A stretch of 63,888 bases of DNA, the filler included, from an uncultured bacterium (GTDB taxonomy: Bacteria > Auribacterota > CAZIXI01): NCBI GenBank assembly GCA_964543115.1. It is 3 parts of 3 records of this genome, joined end to end, with 100 filler letters (N's around TTAATTAATTAA, not from the genome) between each part and the next. Parts side by side here need not be neighbours in the genome. Positions count along the whole stretch, not along the records: positions 1 to 26,830 come from CAZIXI010000013.1; 2 more parts are not named here. One strand, written 5' to 3'. Positions 1-9,123 of this stretch are shown piece after piece. Within the stretch, counting starts at the first letter, position 1. Each line of letters opens with the position of its first letter. The notes beneath the pieces are model-generated. The model had not been told where the DNA came from and did not search any database. It was given only the letters and a program-made list of their open reading frames with translations. The translations under genes and the position numbers were made by a program.

Positions 1-2
1 GA

Positions 3-1253
3 GATGTCCTGACCGGCAAGGTGGATAATTACATAGTCTGGGCTAAACGTGCTGGCTCTAAGTCATTACTCGCAGGGATGATAACGTGGATCCAAAGCTC
101 ATTCATGCCAAAATTAGAGACAACCATCCTGGGGGGATCACTCGAGCAGAGTCAAAAGTCTTATAAGGCAATGAATGATTTCTGGGAGTCTACTGATTTA
201 ACTGATTCATATCTCATAATAGAGCCGGCTATGAAAAAGACGGAGTGGCAGAATGGGAGCGTTGCGTCTGTCTTGACTGCCTCTACGCGCTCCACTCGCG
301 GGCCCCATAGTCAACATTTAATCATTGATGAGTGCGACGAGATGGACGAGGAGGTCTACGCGGCAGCGCTTTCTATCCCGCAGTCAAAGTATGGGATAAA
401 AGCATCTACCGGAAAACTATCGACCAATCACAAGATAGGCGGGGTAATGGACGTGGCGCTAGAGAAAGGCAAGGAATCGGGGACAGCGATCAATAAGTGG
501 TGTATTTGGGAAGTGCTCGAATCTTGTAAAGACTATAAGTGCTCTACATGTAAGCTTTCCTCATACTGTCCAGGCAAACACATGAAGAAAGCGGACGGTT
601 ATTATCTGATAGACGACTTTGTTCAAAAGCTCTATGAGCTATCAGACATGACGCTCCAAGTTGAGTGGTTCTGTGAGAAAGTGGGACGTGACGATCTTGT
701 CTATGGCGCCCAGTACGATGAAGAGATAAACAGCCCGAACGATCTCCCTGTTTTTGACCCCACAAAACCCGTGAGGCTCTCAATAGACTGGGGGGGCACG
801 AATCCGTTCTCCTGTGGAGCATGGCAGGAGTTTAAAGGTTTGGGATGGGTCAGGGTCGATGAGGTCTATATGGGGAATACGACCAATTCAAGATTCATAA
901 AAGAATGTAAAAGCCGCCCGTGGTGGAAGAAAGTTAAAGAAGGAGTTGCAGACCCAAATCGTTCAGACCTAATTAGGGAATGGCGGGATGATGGGGTGGA
1001 TCTGTATAGGGCTAAAGGTGATGTAGAGGAAGGAATCGAAGCCATGAGAGATTGCTTAAGCCCCGTGCTTGGAAAGCCAAAAATATATATCAATAGACGC
1101 TGCAGAGCGTGGAGAACTGAAGTTGGTCAGTATTCGGAAAAGAACGGAAAGCCGATCGATGAAAATAATCACGCTATGGACGAAACCAGATATTTTGTAG
1201 CGCGGTGGGTAAAACCATTAAAGCAGATAAGAGTGAGGGGGATCACGCAATGA
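3..1253 (+). CDS. terL: Phage terminase large subunit (5'-truncated)
   Basis: Frame is open back to the window edge. Walker A-like WAKRAGSKS, Walker B LIIDECDE, RNase H-like nuclease motifs SIDWG, ADP and NHAMDETRY. Confidence 0.9.
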   Translation, partial: DVLTGKVDNYIVWAKRAGSKSLLAGMITWIQSSFMPKLETTILGGSLEQSQKSYKAMNDFWESTDLTDSYLIIEPAMKKTEWQNGSVASVLTASTRSTRGPHSQHLIIDECDEMDEEVYAAALSIPQSKYGIKASTGKLSTNHKIGGVMDVALEKGKESGTAINKWCIWEVLESCKDYKCSTCKLSSYCPGKHMKKADGYYLIDDFVQKLYELSDMTLQVEWFCEKVGRDDLVYGAQYDEEINSPNDLPVFDPTKPVRLSIDWGGTNPFSCGAWQEFKGLGWVRVDEVYMGNTTNSRFIKECKSRPWWKKVKEGVADPNRSDLIREWRDDGVDLYRAKGDVEEGIEAMRDCLSPVLGKPKIYINRRCRAWRTEVGQYSEKNGKPIDENNHAMDETRYFVARWVKPLKQIRVRGITQ

Positions 1254-2728
1254 AAATACCATACCCAAAGGTCAACATAGAGAACGGCCATGTCAAGGCC
1301 GGAATTGCCAATATAGATGTAAGATTCAAGGGCAGAGCCTGGGTGAGCCCTTCGATAGATGACGAGTCGGCCTGGGGAGGTGGCGATACATGGGGAGAGA
1401 GCCGGTTCCAAGCGCTCAATGAGCCGTCGATACAGCTTAAATATTACAACTCATGGGGCTATATCTGCATCAATTACAACGCAAAACAAATTTCGAGACA
1501 GAAACTAAAGCTCTATGTGACGAAGAAAGTTGGCTCTGCCTCGTTTAAAAACACGCTCACAAGGAAGCTGAGTACAAAAGAAGTAGCTTGGGTCAAGGAG
1601 AACCGTGGACTCCAGAGATGGGTAGCAAAGGACGTTGAGATCGAAGAGGTGTTGGAGCACCCGTTCTTAGAGATGATGAAGGCTATAAATCCACTCCAGA
1701 ACCAAGCAGATATGTGGATGCTGACTGAGACTTTTATGGGGATTACGGGCAACTGTTATTGGTGGATGCGCCCCAATAATCTAGGAATCCCTTATCAGCT
1801 CTGGATTTTAGAGACACAGCGAACGGTCCCAGTGCCGGGAACAACCATTGATAATTATGTCGCTGGCTAAGACCACCGGATAGGAATGAAAGATATCCCT
1901 TTTGATGCAGATGAAGTAGTCCATCATAAATATCCAAACCCTCATACAAAGCTAATAGGCTTGAGTCCTATGCAGGCGCTTCAAGACCCGTTGGTCATAA
2001 ACGATGAAATGTATAGGTATGAGAGAGGGGTATTTGCGAACATGGCACGACCGGACGGAGTACTTGAAACTCAAGATGACGAGGTGCTGGCAAAGACAAC
2101 TTTTAATAAAATAAAGAAAGAGTGGAATCAGACCTATGGCGGGGCGGCTCAAGCGGGCAAGGTGGCGTTGCTTGAGGGCGGAGTTAAATACAAGCAAATC
2201 TCAATGAAGCCAAAGGACTTGGGACACCTCGAGGGGAGAAAGCTCACGAGAGAAGAGATAGCGGGCGGGTACGGTGTACCGATGGCTTTGCTTACGCCAG
2301 ATAAAGTGAACCTGGCCAACGCAAGAATAGCCTACGTCCAGTATATGAGGGACACGATTGACCCAAAGCTCAAAGTCTATGAGCAGAAGATAAACGAACA
2401 GCTTCTGATAAGATACGAGGATGAAAATATCTTCTGTGCTTTTGATGATTGCATCCCGGGAGACAGGGAGTTTGCGCTCAAAGAGAGGGAAGCTAATCTT
2501 AAGTCCGGATATTCTGTCATAAACGAGCTGAGGAAAGAGGACGGCAAAGAGCCACATGAGGAGTATGGGGACATGCCGATTATGGGTTCGAACATGGTTG
2601 AGTTCGACCCGAACGCTGAGCCCGAACCCAAGGTGCCGTTGCTTCCTCCTAAACCCGAAGAGGAAGAGGAGGAGGAAGAGGGTAAACTTGCCAAAAGGAT
2701 AGCGAAGGAGATTTTTGAAAGGCTATGA
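1250..2728 (+). CDS. Phage portal protein (HK97 family), interrupted by an in-frame TAA at 1868-1870
   Basis: ATG overlaps the terL stop (ATGA). Track ORFs 1205-1870 and 1886-2728 are in the same frame. Portal motifs GNCYWW, HHKYPNP...GLSP, NMARPDGVL, GKVALLEGG, GVPMALL span both halves. Confidence 0.85.
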
Positions 2729-4881
2729 ATTTCGCAAAGATTGATACTGTAAAGCTCGTAAAGCTCGTAAAGAGTGAGCTGTTTATCCTCATCCTGAAGG
2801 AACATTTGCCCAAGCACCTGAAAAAGAAGTTCGATGAAGCTTTAGTCAAGAAGATCACTCATGCTCAATTTCTAAGGATAAATAAAGATCATATCAAAAA
2901 ATACACAGCCCAGCTCGAGAAACGGTTCAATGAGATAGGGCGTGAGGTATTAGGTAACATCAAAAAGACTCCTAAGTCGTTTGACCGTTGGAATGAGGCC
3001 AGACGGCAGGCAGAAGCCATGAAGACGTTGATTAAAACATGGAAAGCATGGGTTGAAGCTGACGAGACAGAGAGAAGCGCCGTTATGCCAGAAGCTCTCT
3101 TGTATGCCAAATTCGATGTTGATCAATGGCTATTTAGCCGTCAAAAATGGAGGGGGATTTTTACTACGGACGGCAAGCTCTATACGGCAGCGCCGCTAAA
3201 AGACGGTGGTGTGATGGTGCTGGACGATCTTCCTGTGGAGATGTCGTTTGATCATACAGACCCAAGGGCAATAAAATGGGTGGCAGAGAACGCAAAGAAC
3301 GCCGGCTGGTCGATAACTCAGACCCAGTACGACAGGCTAAAAGTCGTTCTCATGGACTCTCTGGCCGATGGTCTTTCTATCCCCAAAATAAGGGATAAGA
3401 TTGAAGAGGCGATGGAGGTAGCGGCTAAAAGGGCAGAGCAGATAGCCAGGACTGAGGTGCTCAAGGCTTCGAACCGAGGCGTATTAATAGGGATGAAACA
3501 GAGCGGAGTGGTAGAGGGGCGTCAATGGCTGGCAACGATGGACAACAGAACATGTTTTCTAGCCAAAACAAAAGTCATGACAGATAAGGGGGAAAGGAAT
3601 ATTGAGGATATAAAAATAGGTGAGATTGTCTTGACTCACCTTGGGTGGAACAGAGTAAAAAATACATACAAAAGAGAATACAATAAGCCATTAACTGAAA
3701 TCAAAATGTCAAACGAGAGGACATTAAGGGCTACTCCTGACCATCCAGTCTTTGAGATGAATCGTGGATGGGTTGATGCTGGGGATTTACTTGCTGGCTC
3801 GAAACTTCAAGCTTGTGAAAACAAAATGGTTTATGTCAGAGCAATTAACAATATCGGTCTCCTTGAGGCGAATTACCTTATAACCAAGGGCAAGAAGTTT
3901 TCTGTCTTTAATGGAATCTTTCTTAATATCAGAGTGCCAATATTCACTGTCAACTTCAAGACAAAGATTAAGATGTGGAATAAAAAAATCAATACTATAA
4001 GTAGAAATTTGATATTCTTGAATGAAATCAACTTTAAGAAACTCAAGAGATTTGCGTATCGTCTTTTCAAGCGATGTTTCTCCAGAGTGTTTACGATAAC
4101 AAGAAAAAGAACAAAAACGTCGGATCCCTTTTTCGCTAGGGCAAATGCGAAACCTTTTTTTGCATTGAAGACATTGAATATAGACAGGAGGACGCCTACA
4201 TTCTTCAGAACAATATTTAATATCTTCTCTTTTTACAGTAAATATTTTTCCGCACCGCTTACATTCTCTATAGAGCGTAAATTTTGTTTTGCATTCTCGA
4301 CTACAGACGATATATCTATGAGAAATGTTTTTATAAACAGAAAACTCCTTATTGCATACAGGGCACATTTTTATAATTTTTTTCCCTTCCTTATGAGCGG
4401 TCATGTAGCAAGCACGAGAACAATATTTCCTTGGACGGCTTCGATAAGAATAAATTACTTTTCCACATTGTTTACAAACGCTTTTTTTCCTAGTGATAGT
4501 AGACTTATGATAGCAATCCGCAGAACAATAAATCGATTTAAGAGAAGTAGAAGAAAACTTTTTTCCGCAATATTTGCAAGAATGCATCATTACGCTAGAT
4601 ATTGTACATCAAAAGTCAAAAGAAGTAAACCACTATTTGTTTATAACTTGGAAGTGGATAAAGCAAAAACATATTTTGCAGAAGGCATCTTAGTGCACAA
4701 CTGTCCAGGTTGTGCTGCAATGGACGGCACTACAATGGCGTTAGATAAACCGTTCTTTAAAAAAGGGAGCTCAACCATGTTGGGTGGCATCCATTTTGCT
4801 TTCGACTATGAGGAGATACAGCATCCTCCGCTTCACGTTTCGTGTCGCTGTACGCTGTTGGCAATCCTAAAACAGGTTTAG
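2725..4881 (+). CDS. Head morphogenesis / minor capsid protein (SPP1 gp7 / Mu F-like) containing an intein
   Basis: RAEQIARTE, WLATMDNRT|CPGC...DG and HPPLHVSCRC motifs. The DxRTCxxC motif is split by a 383-aa insert. Confidence 0.9.
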   Translation: MNFAKIDTVKLVKLVKSELFILILKEHLPKHLKKKFDEALVKKITHAQFLRINKDHIKKYTAQLEKRFNEIGREVLGNIKKTPKSFDRWNEARRQAEAMKTLIKTWKAWVEADETERSAVMPEALLYAKFDVDQWLFSRQKWRGIFTTDGKLYTAAPLKDGGVMVLDDLPVEMSFDHTDPRAIKWVAENAKNAGWSITQTQYDRLKVVLMDSLADGLSIPKIRDKIEEAMEVAAKRAEQIARTEVLKASNRGVLIGMKQSGVVEGRQWLATMDNRTCFLAKTKVMTDKGERNIEDIKIGEIVLTHLGWNRVKNTYKREYNKPLTEIKMSNERTLRATPDHPVFEMNRGWVDAGDLLAGSKLQACENKMVYVRAINNIGLLEANYLITKGKKFSVFNGIFLNIRVPIFTVNFKTKIKMWNKKINTISRNLIFLNEINFKKLKRFAYRLFKRCFSRVFTITRKRTKTSDPFFARANAKPFFALKTLNIDRRTPTFFRTIFNIFSFYSKYFSAPLTFSIERKFCFAFSTTDDISMRNVFINRKLLIAYRAHFYNFFPFLMSGHVASTRTIFPWTASIRINYFSTLFTNAFFPSDSRLMIAIRRTINRFKRSRRKLFSAIFARMHHYARYCTSKVKRSKPLFVYNLEVDKAKTYFAEGILVHNCPGCAAMDGTTMALDKPFFKKGSSTMLGGIHFAFDYEEIQHPPLHVSCRCTLLAILKQV
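3787..4590 (-). CDS. Zinc-finger repeat plus DUF559/Vsr-like (EDxHD-type) endonuclease, nested antisense inside the intein
   Basis: Five CxxC...CSxxC units, then ETSLE...EYQI..YSIDFFIPHLNLCLEVDSEYWH...KDRKLLALGYKVIRLKE. Confidence 0.88.
   Translation of the reverse strand: MMHSCKYCGKKFSSTSLKSIYCSADCYHKSTITRKKSVCKQCGKVIYSYRSRPRKYCSRACYMTAHKEGKKIIKMCPVCNKEFSVYKNISHRYIVCSRECKTKFTLYRECKRCGKIFTVKREDIKYCSEECRRPPVYIQCLQCKKRFRICPSEKGIRRFCSFSCYRKHSGETSLEKTIRKSLEFLKVDFIQEYQISTYSIDFFIPHLNLCLEVDSEYWHSDIKKDSIKDRKLLALGYKVIRLKETDIVNCSDINHFVFTSLKFRASK
4601..4629 (-). promoter_or_regulatory. Sigma70-like promoter for the antisense endonuclease
   Basis: Minus strand reads TTTACT-17 nt-TACAAT, ending 10 nt before the ATG at 4590. 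There is no SD, so the transcript would be near-leaderless. Confidence 0.5.
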
Positions 4882-4917
4882 ATATAAAAGCATGACCGAA
4901 AATTAAGGAGGCTTAAA

Positions 4918-6420
4918 ATGAGGGAGCTAATAACGCAAAGAAAAAACCTGAGCGAGGTCAATTTCGCCGCCCAGGATATTGTCGATGGGTTCATCGATGA
5001 AACACTAAAGGGGGACTGGCCGTTTACGACCGATACGGAGATCCCATTTGTTAGGAAATTCTACATCCAGGATGAGATCCAAACAAAGGCTACTCCGAGG
5101 CAGAAGCTGGACGCTGGTCAAGTTGTCCACTATATCTCGACTGCGGCACTAGATAGAGACCATGAGATAATGAAACCAAGTGGCGTGGAGCTTAAACACT
5201 ACAGGAAAAATCCATTGGTGCTGTGGTCGCATGATCCCACAGATCCAGATAACATCGTTGGTAAAAACGTATGGGTAAACCAAGACCAAAAAGGGCTTGT
5301 TTCGTTAACCCAGTTTGCGTTGTCAAACGAGAAAGCAGCTAAAGTATACAACCTATACCGGGATGGTTTTCTCAGGGCATGGTCAGTCGGGTTTACTCCG
5401 CTAAAGGGGAAGAAGCCAAAGCCTGATGAGAAGCTCACGTTTATAATGGGCGACACTCCAAAACCAGGTGAGGTTATGTACGTCCATGAGAAATGGGCGT
5501 TGCTTGAATACTCTGCCGTTGGCGTACCGTCCAATCCAGAAGCGCTCACAGAGCAGGTAGCGAAAGGCTATGAGCTCACAGACGAGCTTGTCAAAGAGCT
5601 TGAAATAAATTTGGAGGGATACGAAATTGGGAAAAAAGACAAAACGATCATTGACCTTGGAGGGATATTAGGCGATGGGGAGTCGAAAGAAAAAGGCAAA
5701 GAAAGCAAGGAGGAAGAAGGTGGCGAAGAAGGCAAAGAGAAGGGCGGTGATGGGCTAAAAGGCATGGACTTAGAAGGCAATCCTTCAGCTTGGGATATTG
5801 CCTCAGCTTTAAGGGCTGTATTTCGGAAGAAGGAAACGAAAGATAAGTACATTTATGTCGCAGATCTATATCCTGTGAACTATCCTGATGGGCACTGTGT
5901 TGCTGAAATAAACACCGCCGGCAAGCCGAATAAATATTTCCTTTATGATTACACATACAACGAAGGCGAAATTGAAATCGAAAACCCACGGGAACTTGAT
6001 CTTGGATACACAGCGAGATCGTGGACTGAGATACTCCAGAGAGCCGATACGACCATCATGACAACCGAACTCTATGAAGGCATAGCTGAGAATATCGAAG
6101 GCATGAAATCGGAGCTTATGGAGCTAAAGGCTGGCCGTGAAATCTCGGCAAAGAACATGAAAATGTTAAGCGAAGTGGCGGAGAAAATGGAAGAAGCGAC
6201 CACGGCGGTTCGTGCACTGCTCGATGCCAACAAACCCGAAGAAGGAAAACACGATGACTCCAAAACGATAAATGTTGAGGCTCTGATGAAAGACGTTAAA
6301 GTTGACAAGGAGGATGAAGCTGTGCTAACAAAAGAAGACCAGCTAAAAGTGCTCGAGGATATAAGCATGGACGACCTGGCAAAGGAAGTCATGGAAAAGC
6401 GAAAAGGGAAAGTGAGTTAA
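4918..6420 (+). CDS. Prohead maturation protease (HK97 type) with long C-terminal extension
   Basis: LDRDHE, NPLVLWSHD, AWSVGF.P, LLEYSAVGVPSNPEAL. Upstream AAGGAGG SD. Confidence 0.88.
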   Translation: MRELITQRKNLSEVNFAAQDIVDGFIDETLKGDWPFTTDTEIPFVRKFYIQDEIQTKATPRQKLDAGQVVHYISTAALDRDHEIMKPSGVELKHYRKNPLVLWSHDPTDPDNIVGKNVWVNQDQKGLVSLTQFALSNEKAAKVYNLYRDGFLRAWSVGFTPLKGKKPKPDEKLTFIMGDTPKPGEVMYVHEKWALLEYSAVGVPSNPEALTEQVAKGYELTDELVKELEINLEGYEIGKKDKTIIDLGGILGDGESKEKGKESKEEEGGEEGKEKGGDGLKGMDLEGNPSAWDIASALRAVFRKKETKDKYIYVADLYPVNYPDGHCVAEINTAGKPNKYFLYDYTYNEGEIEIENPRELDLGYTARSWTEILQRADTTIMTTELYEGIAENIEGMKSELMELKAGREISAKNMKMLSEVAEKMEEATTAVRALLDANKPEEGKHDDSKTINVEALMKDVKVDKEDEAVLTKEDQLKVLEDISMDDLAKEVMEKRKGKVS

Positions 6421-6598
6421 GGAAGATGAAATTTAGCCATACTAACCTATACCCCAAGAAGACAAAGGCCCGCTATGAGCTTCTAAAGGAGCCGCTAAAT
6501 GCATATAAATAAACACTTTACGCCGATATTGGGAAAAACAGAGGAAAAATAACAGAAAATGCACAAAAAAAGGCATATTTCAAGTAATAACGCAACAT

Positions 6599-6625
6599 AA
6601 AGCCCATAACAGGGCTTTTATTTTT
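6599..6625 (+). terminator. Intrinsic terminator-like hairpin
   Basis: AAAGCCC-ATAACA-GGGCTTT followed by TATTTTT. Confidence 0.5.
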
Positions 6626-6765
6626 AAAGGTAGCTGAAGATGAAACGGTTATCTGAGGTAAGCTGGACAGGTCAGGCGATGAAAAATGTCAAGGGACAGC
6701 AGTAATCGCTGGAGATGCTGAGGCTTACGGAAGGTAGCAGACAAATTTAAGTAAGGAGAAAAAAA

Positions 6766-8121
6766 TTGGGAGACGAAAACAAAGACAACAAAATTGATAG
6801 TGTCGATAAGCTGAAGTTCCTGGTTGGTGACATCGTTGACCGCAAAATGAAAGAAGACGAGTTTGTCAAATGCGGAGACTTAAAAGAGCTCGTCAGAGAA
6901 GAGATGAAGCATGTTGTATCCGATGAGCTCAAAGACGCCTTCGAAGAGCAGATCAAAAAGCTCGAAAAACTCCCTGGCCAGAATGGTGAGAAAGACATCA
7001 AGGCGGGAGACAACGAGCTTAAAGGATTGTCGAAAACAGGGAACTACGATTACTTTGCCGAATATGCAAAAGACGTCTATCTCGCAGGCATGAGAGGAGC
7101 CGAGCCTTCACCTAAATTCGATGCTTGGCAGGGAAGCGTTAAGGCGTACAATAAAGTAGTCAAGGCCGGAGATCCAAGTCTTGAAGTCGGCGATCCAGAG
7201 CAGGGCGGATACCTCGTGCCAGAAGAGTTCTCAGCGACACTGCTTGAACGTGGATTTACAAACTCAGATTTTATCAGCCGGTGTACAAAAGTTCCGATGC
7301 AGACCAATCAGGTCGGGATGCCTTTCCAGGAAGACTTCACTCACACATCATATCTGCATGGCGCTATGATGGCATACTGGAAAGAGGAGTTGGGGACAAA
7401 GGTGGCCACGAAACCCAAGTTCGGAAAAGTTACACTGAAACTCCAAAAGCTGATTTTGATGGTCTATTCCTCGGACGAGCTGCTTGAGGATTCAGTCGTG
7501 TCTATGGAGCCGTTACTGAGAAAGAAAGCCGGAGACGTGTTCGGATGGAAAATCGACGAATCAGTGATCAGAGGTTCAGGAGCAGGCCAGCCGCTAGGAA
7601 TACTCGGAGCACCCGCACTTGTATCCCAGGCTAAAGAGGCAGGCCAGGCAGCTGATACGATTGTCTACAATAACATAATTAAAATGTGGAGTCGGATGCA
7701 CCCAAGAAACCTCGCTAATGCGGTTTGGGTCGCAAACTCGAATACGTTCCCACAGATAGCGACAATGACGATCGTTGTTGGCACGGGTGGAGCACCTGTT
7801 TACCTGCCAGCCAACGGTGCGGCAGGAGCACCATTCGGGACGCTTATGGGAAAACCCATTATCTTCACAGAACACGCTTCGACGCTGGGAGACCTCGGTG
7901 ACATAATGCTCATTGACTTCTCGGAATACCTCATCGGACAGAAACGAGGCGCAGGAAGAGGAGTTCAATACGCGAAATCTATCCACGTTCAGTTTATCTA
8001 TGATCAGACAGCGTTCCGGTTCGTACTCAGGATGGACGGTCAGCCTTGGTGGCCTTCTGTGTTTACGCCCATCCGTGGAGATACTCAGTCACCTTATGTC
8101 GCACTTGCGGAAAGGGCATAG
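6766..8121 (+). CDS. Major capsid protein (HK97 fold)
   Basis: TTG start after AAGGAG. GGYLVPEEF, SDELLEDS, GAGQPLGIL, GTLMGKPI and AFRFVLRMDG motifs. N-terminal delta-like region. Confidence 0.92.
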   Translation: MGDENKDNKIDSVDKLKFLVGDIVDRKMKEDEFVKCGDLKELVREEMKHVVSDELKDAFEEQIKKLEKLPGQNGEKDIKAGDNELKGLSKTGNYDYFAEYAKDVYLAGMRGAEPSPKFDAWQGSVKAYNKVVKAGDPSLEVGDPEQGGYLVPEEFSATLLERGFTNSDFISRCTKVPMQTNQVGMPFQEDFTHTSYLHGAMMAYWKEELGTKVATKPKFGKVTLKLQKLILMVYSSDELLEDSVVSMEPLLRKKAGDVFGWKIDESVIRGSGAGQPLGILGAPALVSQAKEAGQAADTIVYNNIIKMWSRMHPRNLANAVWVANSNTFPQIATMTIVVGTGGAPVYLPANGAAGAPFGTLMGKPIIFTEHASTLGDLGDIMLIDFSEYLIGQKRGAGRGVQYAKSIHVQFIYDQTAFRFVLRMDGQPWWPSVFTPIRGDTQSPYVALAERA

Positions 8122-8133
8122 AAGGAGGATAAA

Positions 8134-8565
8134 ATGGCTTATGTAGCAATGCAAAAAAAGTTTGACCTGGATACGGTCATCACACTGAAGGTTCCAAACG
8201 CCATAATCTCAAGCGCGACCACAACCACTCAGAGCACTCCGTATATCTCGATGGCGAAGTCGTTCCACCTGGCTTTTATCATGCAGCCGCTTGATACGAC
8301 TCTTGCGGGTGCAGTGACGGCCTGGCTGTTAGAAGCAACAGGCTCAACAACCGGACTCAAGACAGGGACGCCTTTGGGGACTACATCATGGAGTGCAGGG
8401 ACAGGAGACCTGGGGATTAAAATCCTGGAAGTCGAGAGCGCAGAGCTTGATGTGGCGAACGGTTATGATTTTGTGGCACTCAAAGTTAAGACGGCGGGAG
8501 CCGACTCTTGGGGTGTCCATCTTATCAGAGGCCCGAACAGATACGATCCTGCGAGCCTGATTTAG
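8134..8565 (+). CDS. Putative capsid decoration/cement protein
   Basis: Directly after the MCP with GGAGG SD. Thr/Ala/Gly-rich, beta-type sequence. Confidence 0.5.
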   Translation: MAYVAMQKKFDLDTVITLKVPNAIISSATTTTQSTPYISMAKSFHLAFIMQPLDTTLAGAVTAWLLEATGSTTGLKTGTPLGTTSWSAGTGDLGIKILEVESAELDVANGYDFVALKVKTAGADSWGVHLIRGPNRYDPASLI

Positions 8566-8583
8566 TGATATAGGAGGCATGAG

Positions 8584-8850
8584 GTGGAAGTTAAACTAAA
8601 GAAACCCTGGAAAAACCACCCTGCCGGAACTGTCATCGAGTCAGTAAGCGATGGTGTCATGAGTGATCTCAGAAAGCTGGGAGTCTTAGATACTGGGAGA
8701 AAAAAACCTTCCAAAAAACCACCTGTGGTTTCGATGGAGGAAAAGACCAAATCGGTCATATCTCCTGTAAATAAGATGATCAGCGAAGCACCTAAAGAAA
8801 AGAAAGAGGAGGGGGAGGCCAAATCCCCCTCTTCATCCAAGGAGAAGTAG
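8584..8850 (+). CDS. Small Lys-rich head-region protein
   Basis: GTG start after AGGAGG. N-terminus VKLKKPWKNHPAGTVIE. Confidence 0.55.
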   Translation: MEVKLKKPWKNHPAGTVIESVSDGVMSDLRKLGVLDTGRKKPSKKPPVVSMEEKTKSVISPVNKMISEAPKEKKEEGEAKSPSSSKEK

Positions 8851-9108
8851 ATGCTGGAAATCAAATTCAAAAAGCGATACAGGGACTACAATAGGGGTGA
8901 TGTTCTGGAAGTTACAGATCAGAGGCTCTTGACACGACTGCTAGTGCTTGATGTTATCGAGTTCCCAGGGAAAAGGTACTTAGTAAAGCCCGCAAAGAAG
9001 AAAGTTGCGGCAAAAAAGCCCACTCTGAAAGGAACCGCAAAGAAGAAATCCTTGACGAGTGTGAGCAAACCCAAGACGGCCAAGGAGACTGCGGAATCTT
9101 CGGGCTAA
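8851..9108 (+). CDS. Small Lys-rich head-region protein, probable paralog of the previous gene
   Basis: IKFKKRYRDYNRGDVLE resembles the previous N-terminus. Basic low-complexity tail. Confidence 0.55.
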   Translation: MLEIKFKKRYRDYNRGDVLEVTDQRLLTRLLVLDVIEFPGKRYLVKPAKKKVAAKKPTLKGTAKKKSLTSVSKPKTAKETAESSG

Positions 9109-9123
9109 AATAGGAGGTAAGCA

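Larger units (their letters stand above)
3553..4701 (+). mobile_element. Intein (Hint fold, Cys1 to His-Asn, +1 Cys)
   Basis: Block A CFLAKTKV, block B RATPDHPVF, block F VYNLEV, block G ILVHN followed by C. Removing it restores DNRT-CPGC. Confidence 0.92.
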
